DNA of 64,000 nucleotides from Candidatus Bathyarchaeota archaeon (GTDB lineage Archaea; Thermoproteota; Bathyarchaeia; Bathyarchaeales; Bathycorpusculaceae), in NCBI GenBank assembly GCA_963707955.1, contig OY970176.1, forward strand, positions 864,001 through 928,000, read 5' to 3'. The position numbers and the translations under genes were made by a program. Within the stretch, counting starts at the first letter, position 1, and the number at the start of each line of letters is the position of its first letter. This document shows, one piece after another, positions 49,960-60,918 of this stretch. The notes under the pieces were generated by a model. It saw nothing but the letters and a program-made list of their open reading frames with translations. It was not told where the DNA came from and ran no database searches.

Positions 49960-51490
49960 AAACTGTTTTCTCTTTTCTCTTCATCTGTGCCTTGTCCTCG
50001 ACGTACTCTTCGAACAGGGGTATCTGGATGGGCACGGCGAATCTTGTGAAGTTGCTGCTCACAATGGCTTCTCCTTTGTCGAGGCTCGCGATGGTTCTAT
50101 CGTCCGAAGACAGGTCCTGTGCCGCGCTGTCCATCACGGCCTGCCTTTCGGCTGCCAGTTCGTTTCCAAGGATTATCTTGGTGTTCATATTTGCAAGTAT
50201 CGTTCGCGGAATCAAGCTGACCAGCTGAGTTATGGCGATTAATCCTACTCTGAACTTTCTGCCTTCTCTTGCAATCGTGCTGTAGATGCTGTCCCCGCGG
50301 GCTTCAAGAACGTCGGCTCCGAGGACCCTCGGCGCCTCTTCAATCACGACGCTTACCACAGGTTTCTGCTCCAACGTGCCCTCAGACTTGTATCTCTGAT
50401 ACTTGTAGAAGATTCCGCTTGAAACGATGCTTCCTATGAGCAGTTCGGCCTCGTCGAGCAGCTTTGAAGTGTCCACGATGACTTTCTTGCCGTCTTCCAG
50501 AGCCTTCGTGATCTCTTTCGTCGTGGCCATGCCAGCAGTGTCGCTGAAGACGCCGCTTCTGCACTGGATGTTGCCGCTTTCGTCTGTGTAGACGCCGAGA
50601 ACGTTGTCAAACCTTCTCTTCAGCACCTCGAGGGTTCTGGGGGCAACGCCAGCTTCAATGTCAGTTCCCCGCACGATGTTCTCTATCCACTCGTCTCCGA
50701 ACCTGTGGAAGTAGAGGGATATGGCATCCTGCTGTGCGTCGGTGAATGCTACTATGCCCTGGAAGTGTGGAGGCATGATCGACCTGAGGTTTACGACTAG
50801 CGTGTTAGTTCCTGGAACAGGATTTGTGGAGTAATACAGCAGGTTTTGCTTTGCCAGCGGATGGTCCTTCAGCCCCTTCGCGTGCCTCCCATAGTACTCG
50901 TCATGCGGGTCCAAAACGAGTATGCCGATGCCTTCTTGCTCCAGAACGCTCCACAACATGACCTTGACAAGGTTGCTCTTTCCCCTTCCAGTAGTAGCCG
51001 GAATCAACACGTGATGCGTGAGCATGTCCTTTCCATTAACGTAGACGGGCACATCCAGTATCTTCGACCCGCTTCTGACTTTTCCAAGATACACAGGGCT
51101 CTCTGGTTTCGTGAGAAAACAAAGATCTTTCTCGGCAACGTGTCTGATGGTGGAAAAGAACTTGGGAAGGGTCTTGGGAATCTTCAATTCATTGTTCTTG
51201 CCGACCCGTAAGAGTGCCTTGATTTGTGCTATAACATAGTTCCGCAGCTGCGGCTCAAGAAAATCTAGGTCAACGCCCATGCCCTCAAGCTTCATGCCCG
51301 CCAGAAGCTCCCTCACTAGCTGCGGCACTTGACTCCCATAAACAAGCTCGTAGGCCTGAAGAATCACGTATCCTCCATCTTCTTCAGCTACAAGCAGATC
51401 GCCAATCTCTATTTCTCCACCGGCTTTTTCCCTTGCTAGAATCTGCCCGGTTTTCCCCGCGATTATCTGACCTGAAACTTCCAACGTCAC
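49949..51490 (-). CDS. herA: DNA repair helicase/translocase HerA
   Basis: HAS barrel, [31 protein letters not shown]; lies within the nurA-mre11-rad50 operon. Confidence 0.93.
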   Translation of the reverse strand: MTLEVSGQIIAGKTGQILAREKAGGEIEIGDLLVAEEDGGYVILQAYELVYGSQVPQLVRELLAGMKLEGMGVDLDFLEPQLRNYVIAQIKALLRVGKNNELKIPKTLPKFFSTIRHVAEKDLCFLTKPESPVYLGKVRSGSKILDVPVYVNGKDMLTHHVLIPATTGRGKSNLVKVMLWSVLEQEGIGILVLDPHDEYYGRHAKGLKDHPLAKQNLLYYSTNPVPGTNTLVVNLRSIMPPHFQGIVAFTDAQQDAISLYFHRFGDEWIENIVRGTDIEAGVAPRTLEVLKRRFDNVLGVYTDESGNIQCRSGVFSDTAGMATTKEITKALEDGKKVIVDTSKLLDEAELLIGSIVSSGIFYKYQRYKSEGTLEQKPVVSVVIEEAPRVLGADVLEARGDSIYSTIAREGRKFRVGLIAITQLVSLIPRTILANMNTKIILGNELAAERQAVMDSAAQDLSSDDRTIASLDKGEAIVSSNFTRFAVPIQIPLFEEYVEDKAQMKRKEKTVFVG

Positions 51491-51496
51491 ATTCCA

Positions 51497-52603
51497 TCAA
51501 CCCTTCAACAAGTCTAACACGCCGTGAGCGTCACCAGAACAAATATGCCTCGACATCTTCTTCCACTTACCATGCTTCGATATTTCCGACATAAGCGGCA
51601 CTCTGTACGCATCTATCTCGTCAACGCTCACTCTTGCAAAATTGTCGGCATCTATCAGGCCATAAGGATACCCAGGGAAGCTTATGTCCTTCGAATTGCT
51701 TGCCAAGGCGGAAGTAACCCTGCAAAAATCTTCTTCACTCATTCTCCTCGCCTGCTCACCATAAATCTCATACCTGAAAACATACCTCGCACTCTCATGC
51801 AGCTTAACCACGTAAATGAACGCATTATGCAACACGTTAGCAACCTTGGCTACCTGAAGACACCAAGGACCCTTCACCGCGTAATCCTCAGCCAACTTCT
51901 GCACAGCACCCAACAATGAAAGCCCAGTGGTCGTGAACAGAGTACTCGTCTTCGAAATCCCAGCAAAAAATACCCCTTTGTTCACAGCTGCTTCAACCGC
52001 TCGCGCCAAGTACTTATACTCATTAGTAAGACTCGTCTGCAAACTGCCATCATGAACTATCAAATCTCCCTCCTCAAGCTCCATTTCAATAACATGCCTA
52101 GCAAACTCCCACTCAGCAAACCTCCTCGCAACAGAAGCAACATGCTGAATGTCCGCCCTCTGACTTCCAATCGTGACTGTTCTGTCAAGCGAACTAAACG
52201 ATAGAAACTGAACAGGAACGAAGCCCCCGAACTCAGGCTTCAGAGGAAAGACCGAAGTATCATAAAATATTCCGTCATCTCTGTAATTTGCCATCGTTGC
52301 AGAGTAAAACTCTGCCTTTCTGGGCAAAAACTTAGGAAGGATTCTCTCTCGACCCTTGAAAATGTTAAAGTACACCCTATTCATCTGAACCGAGAAGTTC
52401 GGCGCACCAATCATCTCATTGTTTCCACCATCCACGAAAGCCGTACGAATGCTCGGTTCCATATCTCGGATTGGAACAAAATTGGCAGTGGGAAACGGCA
52501 ACGTTTCATAGTCTGGATTGCCGAAATACGGCTGACCCAAGTCACTTTCCTCAATCTCCAAATCCAGAAACTCTGCCACTCTCTTCGAAACATCTGCAGA
52601 CAT
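51497..52603 (-). CDS. nurA: DNA double-strand break repair nuclease NurA
   Basis: AFVDGG, AEW, HDGSL, GISKTS, GYPYGLIDAD..ARV. Confidence 0.92.
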   Translation of the reverse strand: MSADVSKRVAEFLDLEIEESDLGQPYFGNPDYETLPFPTANFVPIRDMEPSIRTAFVDGGNNEMIGAPNFSVQMNRVYFNIFKGRERILPKFLPRKAEFYSATMANYRDDGIFYDTSVFPLKPEFGGFVPVQFLSFSSLDRTVTIGSQRADIQHVASVARRFAEWEFARHVIEMELEEGDLIVHDGSLQTSLTNEYKYLARAVEAAVNKGVFFAGISKTSTLFTTTGLSLLGAVQKLAEDYAVKGPWCLQVAKVANVLHNAFIYVVKLHESARYVFRYEIYGEQARRMSEEDFCRVTSALASNSKDISFPGYPYGLIDADNFARVSVDEIDAYRVPLMSEISKHGKWKKMSRHICSGDAHGVLDLLKG

Positions 52604-53114
52604 GTGCTTATCACACAACAATGTACATATGCTCCCAACCTGTTAAAAGAGTATTTCAGCGATGCATGCACAGCGCACGATATGAATCAGAGTTCAGTCA
52701 AAGATCCTTTCACAAGTCATAAAAGGTAAGCATCTCACTCAGCACCGTGATGAAGGAGTTAATTATAAATAATAAACATGAAGATACGAGGCGTTCAGGG
52801 TCAACCTATGACTGAAGTTGATAAAGGACTAAAGAAGTTCGGTATCACAGTGTCCAAGCCAGTGCTGGCTGCAATTGCCATAATATTCGGTCTGCTAGTC
52901 ATAGCATTTCACGACTTGCTTCAGTGGATCGTCGGATTGTACTTCATAATACAGGGCATACTGCTTTTCATAGACTACTATGAACTGAGAAGAAAATAGC
53001 GTAGAGCAGAACAGAATTCCCCACACTTTTTTCTCCTATGCGAAGCGCGCGCAGACATGTGCTTTATCGAACAACAACATATGTATGCTTTCAACTCGTT
53101 AAAAGAGTATTTCA
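52596..53114. repeat. Imperfect ~63-bp direct repeat (52596-52658 and 53051-53114) covering the nurA promoter/start
   Basis: gcagacatgtgctt...gttaaaagagtatttca is present in both copies. Confidence 0.85.
52778..52999 (+). CDS. Small membrane protein
   Basis: Two TM helices (LAAIAIIFGLLVIAF; IVGLYFIIQGILL). Confidence 0.7.
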   Translation: MKIRGVQGQPMTEVDKGLKKFGITVSKPVLAAIAIIFGLLVIAFHDLLQWIVGLYFIIQGILLFIDYYELRRK

Positions 53115-53228
53115 ACCGGCGCGCCCGCGCTGAAAAGGTGGTAGACAGCAAATATCGCATTGCAGAGCCGATGCTGGCCTATGGTATTCTTAGAGAACCT
53201 TTCAACGAATGATGGCATTTAGTAGACC

Positions 53229-53256
53229 TACCCCTACTTGGTAGGGGTACCCCTAC
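53229..53256. promoter_or_regulatory. Nested palindrome TACCCCTAC-TTG-GTAGGGGTA-CCCCTAC, putative operator
   Basis: 9-bp inverted repeat with a 3-nt spacer plus an overlapping perfect 16-bp palindrome GTAGGGGTACCCCTAC. Confidence 0.45.
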
Positions 53257-53380
53257 TAACACCTCGATTCCCAAAAAACAAAACGGGCAAGATGCGGGAG
53301 CCCTAGGTACTGTCATGCTTGTTTTCTCGTTCTAAATCTTGTCTTCAAAAGAGTGCGCGCGTTGGATGGAGACTTGGTTC

Positions 53381-53740
53381 CTACCTTTCGTCCAGCCAGC
53401 ATACTCTCCATTCGGAGACGCGTTGACCGCGTATTTTAGCAGTCCAAATGTTTGGGCCATCGAGTGGTTTGAAAGAACAGGTAGAATAGCCAACTATAAC
53501 GACAACATTGCCTTGAATTGTTACACAGGTGAATATGTTTCTGTAATCAGGGTATTTCTTGAAGAATTCTCTCCAACCCTCTTTCACAGCATTTTTGCCC
53601 TTAGTCGTCTCTCCCTTGTTATTTGCTATGACAATGAGCGCGTGGTCATCAGTCATCAGTTCAGCTAAGCCTTCCAGGTCTCGCTGGTTAATTCTTTCAT
53701 TGAACCTCAAAGCAGGCAACATTAACTTTGAAGAATCCAT
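53381..53740 (-). CDS. NTF2/SnoaL-like protein
   Basis: FNERINQRDLEGLAELMTDD...GK..V...W..FF...PDY. Confidence 0.85.
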   Translation of the reverse strand: MDSSKLMLPALRFNERINQRDLEGLAELMTDDHALIVIANNKGETTKGKNAVKEGWREFFKKYPDYRNIFTCVTIQGNVVVIVGYSTCSFKPLDGPNIWTAKIRGQRVSEWRVCWLDER

Positions 53741-54060
53741 TTCGATTTGAAAAATAAGAATCAGTCAATTTAAGCCTTCGCATTTTCTGCTACACCATCC
53801 CTCTATCACCTTTCTTAAGCCAGTTTATCCAATTTACTCCTAGAAGAAAACGGTCATGTGGCGACGGGCGCGCGCACTTCAATTCGTTACACTTGATGGT
53901 TCTTTCCACATTCTGCAAACCTTCTCAAAATCACAATTTGTTACAGTCCGGTCGACAAAAGAATTTCGCCAAGTCAGTATTGCTAATAGCGCGCGCGGCC
54001 TTCATCCACGACTACGCGAACTCTTTTAAATATTAATCTTCACAAAGAACAAAGAACGAC

Positions 54061-54897
54061 GTGATAGAAATGAACGACAGTTTTCCGCCGGTAACAATCC
54101 GTGACTCAGAATTGAGGTTCCTTAAATCGAGATTGTTGGGAAAAGAGTACAAGATTCAGGTTGCATTACCGGCAGGTTACGCTGAGAGCAAAGAAACGTA
54201 TCCTGTTCTCTACCTGTTGGACGCGGATAACTGCTTCGGCGATATCACTGAGACCGTTCGCTTCCTGGCAGCTGTTGGGAAAACGTTCAGTATGGAGGTG
54301 CCCGATATGATCGTCGTCGGCATCGGGTACCCACTTGATTTTGCGAAACCATCCGAATACTATACAAGATGGGGTAGCGCGCGCTCTAAAGACCTCACGC
54401 CTACCAAAGTGGAGCCAAACGCTTTATGGCCTTTATCTGGCGGAGCCAGCGATTTTATGGCCTTCATCCGGGATGACCTCAAACCCCTGATCAACTCGAA
54501 CTATAGAGCCAACCCTGAAGACAATACCATACTAGGAGTTTCATTTGGAGGTCTGTTTGCGCTATACGTACTCTTCCACAGACCAGACACTTTCAATCGC
54601 TATATCGTCCTAAGCCCATCATTATGGTGGGACAAGAAAGTGACATTCGATTATGAGCGTGAGTACGCCAACGAACACACTGAACTCCCCGCGAGACTGT
54701 TTCTATCCATAGGCTCACTAGAAAAAAACGACTCGCAAGATCATCTACGGGAATTTGTGCAAATTCTTAAAAAAAGAAACTACAAGGGTCTTGAATGGGC
54801 TTCCCATATTTGTGAAGGCGAAAATCACATAACCGCCTTTTATGCAGCAAAATGCCGAGCAATCCTCTTGGTATTCTCATCGCCAAAGAAAGACTAA
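54061..54897 (+). CDS. Alpha/beta-hydrolase esterase (IroE/BesA-like)
   Basis: YPVLYLLDA, IVVGIGY, GVSFGG nucleophile elbow, SPSLWW, GENH. Confidence 0.9.
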   Translation: MIEMNDSFPPVTIRDSELRFLKSRLLGKEYKIQVALPAGYAESKETYPVLYLLDADNCFGDITETVRFLAAVGKTFSMEVPDMIVVGIGYPLDFAKPSEYYTRWGSARSKDLTPTKVEPNALWPLSGGASDFMAFIRDDLKPLINSNYRANPEDNTILGVSFGGLFALYVLFHRPDTFNRYIVLSPSLWWDKKVTFDYEREYANEHTELPARLFLSIGSLEKNDSQDHLREFVQILKKRNYKGLEWASHICEGENHITAFYAAKCRAILLVFSSPKKD

Positions 54898-55007
54898 GCC
54901 AGAATGCTGCAGGAACGTCCGCCCAATTTGCAGACACGTGAAAGCGCGCGCTAGAGCACAAGCTTTAAGCATCTCAAAAAGTGAGCTGTTTGGGCTGGGG
55001 GTAGAAC

Positions 55008-55511
55008 TTGGACGAAAACATTGCAGAGGTTATCTTTGATCCTGAGGCTAAACGAATTGTGAGGATGACTTTTTATCGTGATGATCTTCGTTTCCGGTGT
55101 ATACGCTGTGCTGTCTTCTGCTGCAAGCTTGGGGGACCAATACTCACTAAGAGCGATATGGAGCGTGCAAAGCTGGCAGGACACTGGTTGGAAGACTCTT
55201 TGGAGACAACAGCGGATCCGAAGTTCAAGCGCTTGCCTATGACTGTTGGAAACTTAAAAAACAATAAAGCCGGATCGTGTATTTTCCTAAAATCCAGCCC
55301 AAGGAGAGGAGTTTACGAGTGTCCGATCTACGATTCTAGACCAGCTCGCTGCAGATTGTACCCGTTCGACTTTGAAACAATCAGTCCGAACTCCTTCACG
55401 CTTAAACTTATTCCTTGCTGCAACGGCCTAAACGCTGAAGATGGTGAGTTGGTGAATGAAAACTTCATTACGAAACATTTGCTTAACGCCTTGTTGGACC
55501 TGTTCGTATGA
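55008..55511 (+). CDS. YkgJ-family cysteine-cluster protein
   Basis: FRCIRCAVFCC, CIFL, CPIYDSRPARCRLYPF. Confidence 0.88.
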   Translation: MDENIAEVIFDPEAKRIVRMTFYRDDLRFRCIRCAVFCCKLGGPILTKSDMERAKLAGHWLEDSLETTADPKFKRLPMTVGNLKNNKAGSCIFLKSSPRRGVYECPIYDSRPARCRLYPFDFETISPNSFTLKLIPCCNGLNAEDGELVNENFITKHLLNALLDLFV

Positions 55512-55611
55512 GCGCGCGCTGTTACGCTGGACTGTTACAAAAGCCCATCAAAAACGGGTATTCTCAGTTAGCGCGCGCGATTATTGTTTTGAGCCTCAAG
55601 CGCGGAAGTTT

Positions 55612-56877
55612 TCATGATTTTTCGATTGGACGCGGCCTTGGCTCCTTTATTCGAACGAGTATCAACGTTGCCAACACAAATATCGGTGTCGAGGCGATGA
55701 AGGGAGACAGTGGACCCAGAGTTTGAAAGAGGTAACCTCCTACTATTTGTGCTGGAATGGCGGTGATCAGCGAGAACACACTGAACATAGCCATTATTCT
55801 CCCACGCATCTCTTGCGGTGAAAGATTCGCCTGAAGCGCCGTCAGCGACGGGCCTAGTAAAGCACCGCTCGCGCCGCCTATTGAAGTCCACGTTACAAAG
55901 TCGTCTGCTCCTTTGGCCCTCACGAATATGAGTTGATTCACAGGAATTGAAAGAGAAGCGTAAACCGCACTTTTCGCCAGACCGACTCTTTCGATTATTC
56001 TGGCCGCAGGCAGCAAGAGCAAGACGCTGATCAGTCCAGCAACATTTGTTAGAAGACCATAGAATTCTGGGGCCAAATGTGCGACGTTTACCAGATAGAT
56101 CGATGTGTAGGGCACGGTCATGGCCGTTCCAGCACTAGCCAAAACGGCGTAGATCAGAAGCTTCTTTGCTCCGTCCGTGGCGTTTCGCAGAACAAACAAA
56201 TTGTCCGCGAAAAAGTCTGAAAGAAGACGCCGAATTTGCTTTTTCTCCTTCCCCTTAACCCCCACGTAGGTCTCTTTAAGCGTGACAGCCCTGTATGACA
56301 CTCCAATGACGCCTAGGAGCCCACTGAAGAAAAACGCTATGCGCAGCCCTTCAAGTGTTCCAAGCGTCTGCATCAGTGTCCCTCCAACGTATGGGAAGAA
56401 AATCGAGGGCAACGAAGTAACAAGCGTGAAGGAAACCAAACCCCGCGCCCTAAGCTCCGGCTCCATAGAATCAGTCAAAGTCGCATTGAACGCAGGACCA
56501 TAAATCCCCGAGATCGCCCCAATCACTATGGGAATCATCAAAAGAACCGGCGCTGATATGAAAATGAACACAAAAGCGGAGCCAGCGCTCAGAAAACTGA
56601 AGACAACGATAACTTTTCTTCTACCCCAAGCATCCGCAACATATCCGCCTACTAATTGCATCAAAGCCGTGACAGCCGAGTTGACACCTAAGAGAACACC
56701 GATGAAAAACGAACTCGCCCCCAAACCTGAGAAATAAACAGACTGATACGGGCTAATCATCGCCCCCCCGATATTCCAAACAGTTGAGCTCAGAGCAAGA
56801 ACCCACGTGTTGCCCGGAAGATAGAACCTTCCTCGCCAATTCTTCGAAAGCTCTCTGGATTCACCGGAACCAGCCAA
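55612..56877 (-). CDS. MFS transporter
   Basis: GGYVADAWGRRK motif A; about 12 TM helices. Confidence 0.92.
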   Translation of the reverse strand: MAGSGESRELSKNWRGRFYLPGNTWVLALSSTVWNIGGAMISPYQSVYFSGLGASSFFIGVLLGVNSAVTALMQLVGGYVADAWGRRKVIVVFSFLSAGSAFVFIFISAPVLLMIPIVIGAISGIYGPAFNATLTDSMEPELRARGLVSFTLVTSLPSIFFPYVGGTLMQTLGTLEGLRIAFFFSGLLGVIGVSYRAVTLKETYVGVKGKEKKQIRRLLSDFFADNLFVLRNATDGAKKLLIYAVLASAGTAMTVPYTSIYLVNVAHLAPEFYGLLTNVAGLISVLLLLPAARIIERVGLAKSAVYASLSIPVNQLIFVRAKGADDFVTWTSIGGASGALLGPSLTALQANLSPQEMRGRIMAMFSVFSLITAIPAQIVGGYLFQTLGPLSPFIASTPIFVLATLILVRIKEPRPRPIEKS

Positions 56878-56976
56878 TGAAATAGACCTCTGAGCCTACG
56901 GTACAAGAAAACATATAAAAGCTTGATGAACAGCCCACTGCGCGCGCCACTTGAGTATCCTGTTTTTCTGCATCTG

Positions 56977-57399
56977 TCACTTGCTTCTACGCAGAAGATA
57001 GGACATCTGGACTTCCACTATTTTGCTGCCTCTCCAGACGTCTTTCTGAAAAACGTATTTATCATCTAAGAGATACAGACGAAAGTCAAACACAAGATCG
57101 CCGTAGATCCCTCTGACTGAAACAAAATTCCCTTTCTTCACGCCTTCGGCAGAAAAATCCCTCTGGGACAAAACCACCTTGTCGCCCACTAGTCTTATGA
57201 CCATGTCCCTCGTAACATCTTTGCCCTTGTCAAGTCCCAGAGCCGTGATACTGATCGTTTCAGAATCCTTGATCTTCATTATCTCCTCGTATTCTTCGAC
57301 CTTAACTTCGTGGTTAGGGGTGACAGTAACGTCTCTCGTCACCCAAGTCCCCTCCAAAAACGCGACTATTTCGTTCGCTCTTCTTCTATCTTCTGCCAA
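56977..57399 (-). CDS. Hypothetical protein (beta-rich, lipocalin-like)
   Basis: FLEGTW start motif, GGAAGGGG RBS, 140 aa ORF. Confidence 0.6.
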   Translation of the reverse strand: MAEDRRRANEIVAFLEGTWVTRDVTVTPNHEVKVEEYEEIMKIKDSETISITALGLDKGKDVTRDMVIRLVGDKVVLSQRDFSAEGVKKGNFVSVRGIYGDLVFDFRLYLLDDKYVFQKDVWRGSKIVEVQMSYLLRRSK

Positions 57400-57802
57400 A
57401 TCAAAAGCCCCTTCCTACATTTACTAAGCAACATTTTCATAAAAAAACATTGCAGCAAGATCCGTCCCATTGACCGGGAACCCCTGCTCGTTCTTCCGCG
57501 CGCGCAAAATAAGGATTAACTGTTTTTGATGGACTTTCGTAACGATTTTGCTGTAACGATCAGTAACAAGTCCAGTTTTTCTGGAATTCTCAGAATTACA
57601 ATGAACACAACGTTGATTTTTGAGGTTTTGTGACACTTTGCTGAAAGAGACCAGTTCTCAAAGAATTGGGCTTCTTTTTGCGGTACCGCAATGAAATATT
57701 CGCAAGAATGTGGAGCGCGCTCTGGTTTTTGAACTCTACCACACGCTTCAGTATTAGCGAGTCTGCAGAAGCAAGAGTACGCATAACAAATGCAGTCTTT
57801 GA

Positions 57803-58327
57803 CTACGATGTTTCAACTTTGGCGGAGTTGATTTTCACCATAGAATTCACTGCTAAATCGATTTTGGGTTCAACAAGTAGATAGTAGTCAAATACTTTCT
57901 TGATTCGCCGTGGGGCAAGCCCTGTGCTGAATATTTTGTACATTTTGATGAGTTGGGGTTGAATGCGAAGGATATCCGTTAGCGTTACTAACCCAAGCAA
58001 CTCGCCTTTTCTTATGATGGGCATCTTTTTGATGTTCTTCTCGAACATTAGTTTTGACGCATCTCCGATTTCAACAGTGGGTTCCACAGATATCAAGGGT
58101 GTAGACATCACTTCCTCAACTCTTATTCTCTTGAGGTTTTCGGACTTGGCAAGAATCCTTTTCAGAAGATCTCGCTCTGTAAGTATTCCCACAGCCTTTT
58201 TGTTTTCTGTGACGATTAAGCACCCTATCTCATGGTCATTCATCAGCTTAACAGCTTCTTCCACCGTTGAGTTACTCGTTGTGGTTACAACTTTCGTTAC
58301 CATTATGTCACGCATTCGAACTGACAT
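57803..58327 (-). CDS. CBS-domain protein
   Basis: Two CBS repeats (IGCLIV...GILTERD; IKKMPI...GLVTLTD). Confidence 0.92.
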   Translation of the reverse strand: MSVRMRDIMVTKVVTTTSNSTVEEAVKLMNDHEIGCLIVTENKKAVGILTERDLLKRILAKSENLKRIRVEEVMSTPLISVEPTVEIGDASKLMFEKNIKKMPIIRKGELLGLVTLTDILRIQPQLIKMYKIFSTGLAPRRIKKVFDYYLLVEPKIDLAVNSMVKINSAKVETS

Positions 58328-58733
58328 TTGGAGTTTCCCTGAACGTTCTATAATGGAAAGAGGGATAAGGCTTGTGAAGTCTTAATAAATATCCAGAGTC
58401 CAACCCTCGCGGTAGCGCGCTAGCGTGTTCCTAAATTCCTTTTCTTAAGTGTGATAGAGTTGATTTGCGCCTTCTGAACGATGCTCATCGTATCCCGACG
58501 TCCATCACTATCCATAGACGGAGTAAAGCCGGAAGCACAAGATACTCTGCAAACGAATTCAGGAACAGGCATGCGCGCGTAACAAACCGTCACAGAAATT
58601 CTTTTCTACGAAGGTTTGTAACAATCATTAATTTCGGACTCTCTTCTGCCTGTGTTGAAAGAATTGTAAAATGTAACAAGTTACTTTGCGCGCTGTTTTT
58701 CCATGAAAAACGGTGAATATCTTATGAGGAACC

Positions 58734-60026
58734 TTGGCCAACCTTGTACGGCGCGTGAGCTTGGGAAAGGATGAGTCGAGGGGCCGCCTCCGCCCTGGAC
58801 AAAGGCTTCAACGGTTTTCACGTCTGTTTTCGAAGGCAGGCCTCTCCGGTTTATCCTCTCAGGTTTACATCTTGGTTTTTCTGGGCTTTCTTATCTCGCT
58901 TGGAAGGAACATTGCTTTTTCTTATCTTGCCATGTTCTTGGCTGGGAAAACTCAGAGCGGCGGATTAGCATTCGACCCCTCGCTCGTCGGCCTGATGCTT
59001 ACAATAGGCGGACTCGCAAACACCTTCGCTCTTCCAACGGCAGGTCACCTGTGCGACAGGTTCGGAAGAAAAAGAATAATGCTTTATTCACTCATTCCAC
59101 AGGTTGCGCTGACCCTTGGCTTCGCGTACGCTCGCAGTTATGCAGAGTTCCTGTCACTATTCGCAGCTCTGTCGATCGTGATGGCGCTTTACCAACCCGC
59201 GCACAGCGCCATGATCGCAGACTTGGTTGAGCCCGAGAAAAGAGAGCACGCTTACGGTCTTGACTACATGATCGGCAACGTCGGTTTCATGATCGGGCTG
59301 CCCATCGGAGGCTTGATCGCAAGTACAAGCGGATTCTCTGTGCTCTACTTCTACTGCACTGTTCTTGTGGGTGCAACGGCAGCCGGCGTCAGCCTGCTGA
59401 TCAAAGAATCAAAGCCTGAACAGGGCTCCAATGCACCCTTAATCGTCGTTGGTTCAGTATTCCGAAACAAGGTTTTCATGCTCTTCTGCCTCATGATGTT
59501 CTTCACGAACTTCCTCTACGCGCAGTTCTACAGCCTGCTCTCCGTCTACACCGAACACCTCGGCTTCGAACCGTACGTCTTTGGCACTCTTTCCTCGATA
59601 GCCGGCGCTATGGTTGTAACGCTCCAAATCCCCATCAGGCTGGGCACAGTGCGAATAGGTCCCGCAAAAGCATTCATAATCGCTCAGACGCTCTTTGCCG
59701 CCGGATTCACCTGTTTCATGTTTGCCTCAAACTTCATCGAATTCGTAGCAGCCATTGCCCTTCTGACACTTGGGGAAATGATCTATTACCCGGCGAGTTC
59801 GGCTTTTGCCGCTAATCTTGCACCAGCAGACCAGATGGGCAGATACATTGCCATGATGGGACTGTTCTCAGGAATAGGAGGTTCAACAGCTTCAGTCGCA
59901 GTCTTCAGCATTTACGGAATGCTGGTCAACAAAACCACAGTATGGGGCATATGGGGAGCCCTCGGGTTTGCGGTTCTTCCAGGCTATTTTCTGCTATCCA
60001 AAGTCACCAAGAACCACAAGAAATAG
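58734..60026 (+). CDS. MFS transporter
   Basis: GHLCDRFGRKR motif A, multiple TM helices. Confidence 0.92.
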   Translation: MANLVRRVSLGKDESRGRLRPGQRLQRFSRLFSKAGLSGLSSQVYILVFLGFLISLGRNIAFSYLAMFLAGKTQSGGLAFDPSLVGLMLTIGGLANTFALPTAGHLCDRFGRKRIMLYSLIPQVALTLGFAYARSYAEFLSLFAALSIVMALYQPAHSAMIADLVEPEKREHAYGLDYMIGNVGFMIGLPIGGLIASTSGFSVLYFYCTVLVGATAAGVSLLIKESKPEQGSNAPLIVVGSVFRNKVFMLFCLMMFFTNFLYAQFYSLLSVYTEHLGFEPYVFGTLSSIAGAMVVTLQIPIRLGTVRIGPAKAFIIAQTLFAAGFTCFMFASNFIEFVAAIALLTLGEMIYYPASSAFAANLAPADQMGRYIAMMGLFSGIGGSTASVAVFSIYGMLVNKTTVWGIWGALGFAVLPGYFLLSKVTKNHKK

Positions 60027-60465
60027 TAGCACACGCGAAACAAACTCCCGAAGACAACGCCACTGAACCCGTTTTCTCCACGGTTAAACAACACAGCCAC
60101 CACAATTCAGAAAGCCAAAATGATTGAACCGAACAACCGAAACAGCACACACGACTTCAAAGCCATCACACGACCATATCAAAAAAACGTATATGCAAAA
60201 CGTATAAGCAACACGAAGCATCGACACAAAGCTGAACAACTCGCTCCCAGCATACTTTTTCAACGACAACATCAACATGACCAGGACCGAAGCAAGCCTA
60301 CGCTGGGCAACGCGGGCAAGTCTCTGGCACACCGGCGTTTCCTTGAACTGCAGCATGTGGCAACTGATTCATATTTCAACTTCACAAACGACATATCTCA
60401 CCTAAGGAACGAATTACTTGAAAGCTTGCAGCGGAAGCGGAAGAAAAAGTGCAAGGTGATCGATC

Positions 60466-60918
60466 ATGCTAACCAGCATCCTAGTCGTTGACGATGACGC
60501 CGGAGTGAGAACCATGCTCTCAACGGTACTGGGCGATGAGGGATACCTGGTTGAAGCCGTGGAAAACGGCAAGCAGGCAGTCAAGACCTGTGAAAAATCT
60601 TCTTTCGACGTCGCCCTCATCGACATCGAACTGCCAGACATGAAAGGCACCGAACTTCTCAACAAACTGAAGAGAATACAGCCTAAAATGATCAGGATAA
60701 TCATCACGGGACACCCCAGCCTCGAAAGCGCCATGAAAGCCGTCAACGAAAGGGCAGACGGATACGTACTGAAGCCCTTCGAGGTAACAGAACTACTGCA
60801 AAAAATAAGAAGACTCCTAGAAGAGAAGACCAACGAGTACCTGCGCATCTCCACAGAAACCGCTCACGAAAAAGAGAGCACTCCAGCCGTCAAGTACCAA
60901 CGCCCAGACAGATGGTAA
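60466..60918 (+). CDS. Stand-alone response regulator receiver protein (paralog of 4150-4623)
   Basis: ILVVDDD, LIDIELPD, IIITG, YVLKPF. Confidence 0.9.
   Translation: MLTSILVVDDDAGVRTMLSTVLGDEGYLVEAVENGKQAVKTCEKSSFDVALIDIELPDMKGTELLNKLKRIQPKMIRIIITGHPSLESAMKAVNERADGYVLKPFEVTELLQKIRRLLEEKTNEYLRISTETAHEKESTPAVKYQRPDRW

Noticed and set aside
43893-52603. MBL nuclease and nurA-herA-mre11-rad50 as part of the novel system
   Set aside because: They lie outside the direct repeat, and the repair operon is a well-known conserved archaeal unit.
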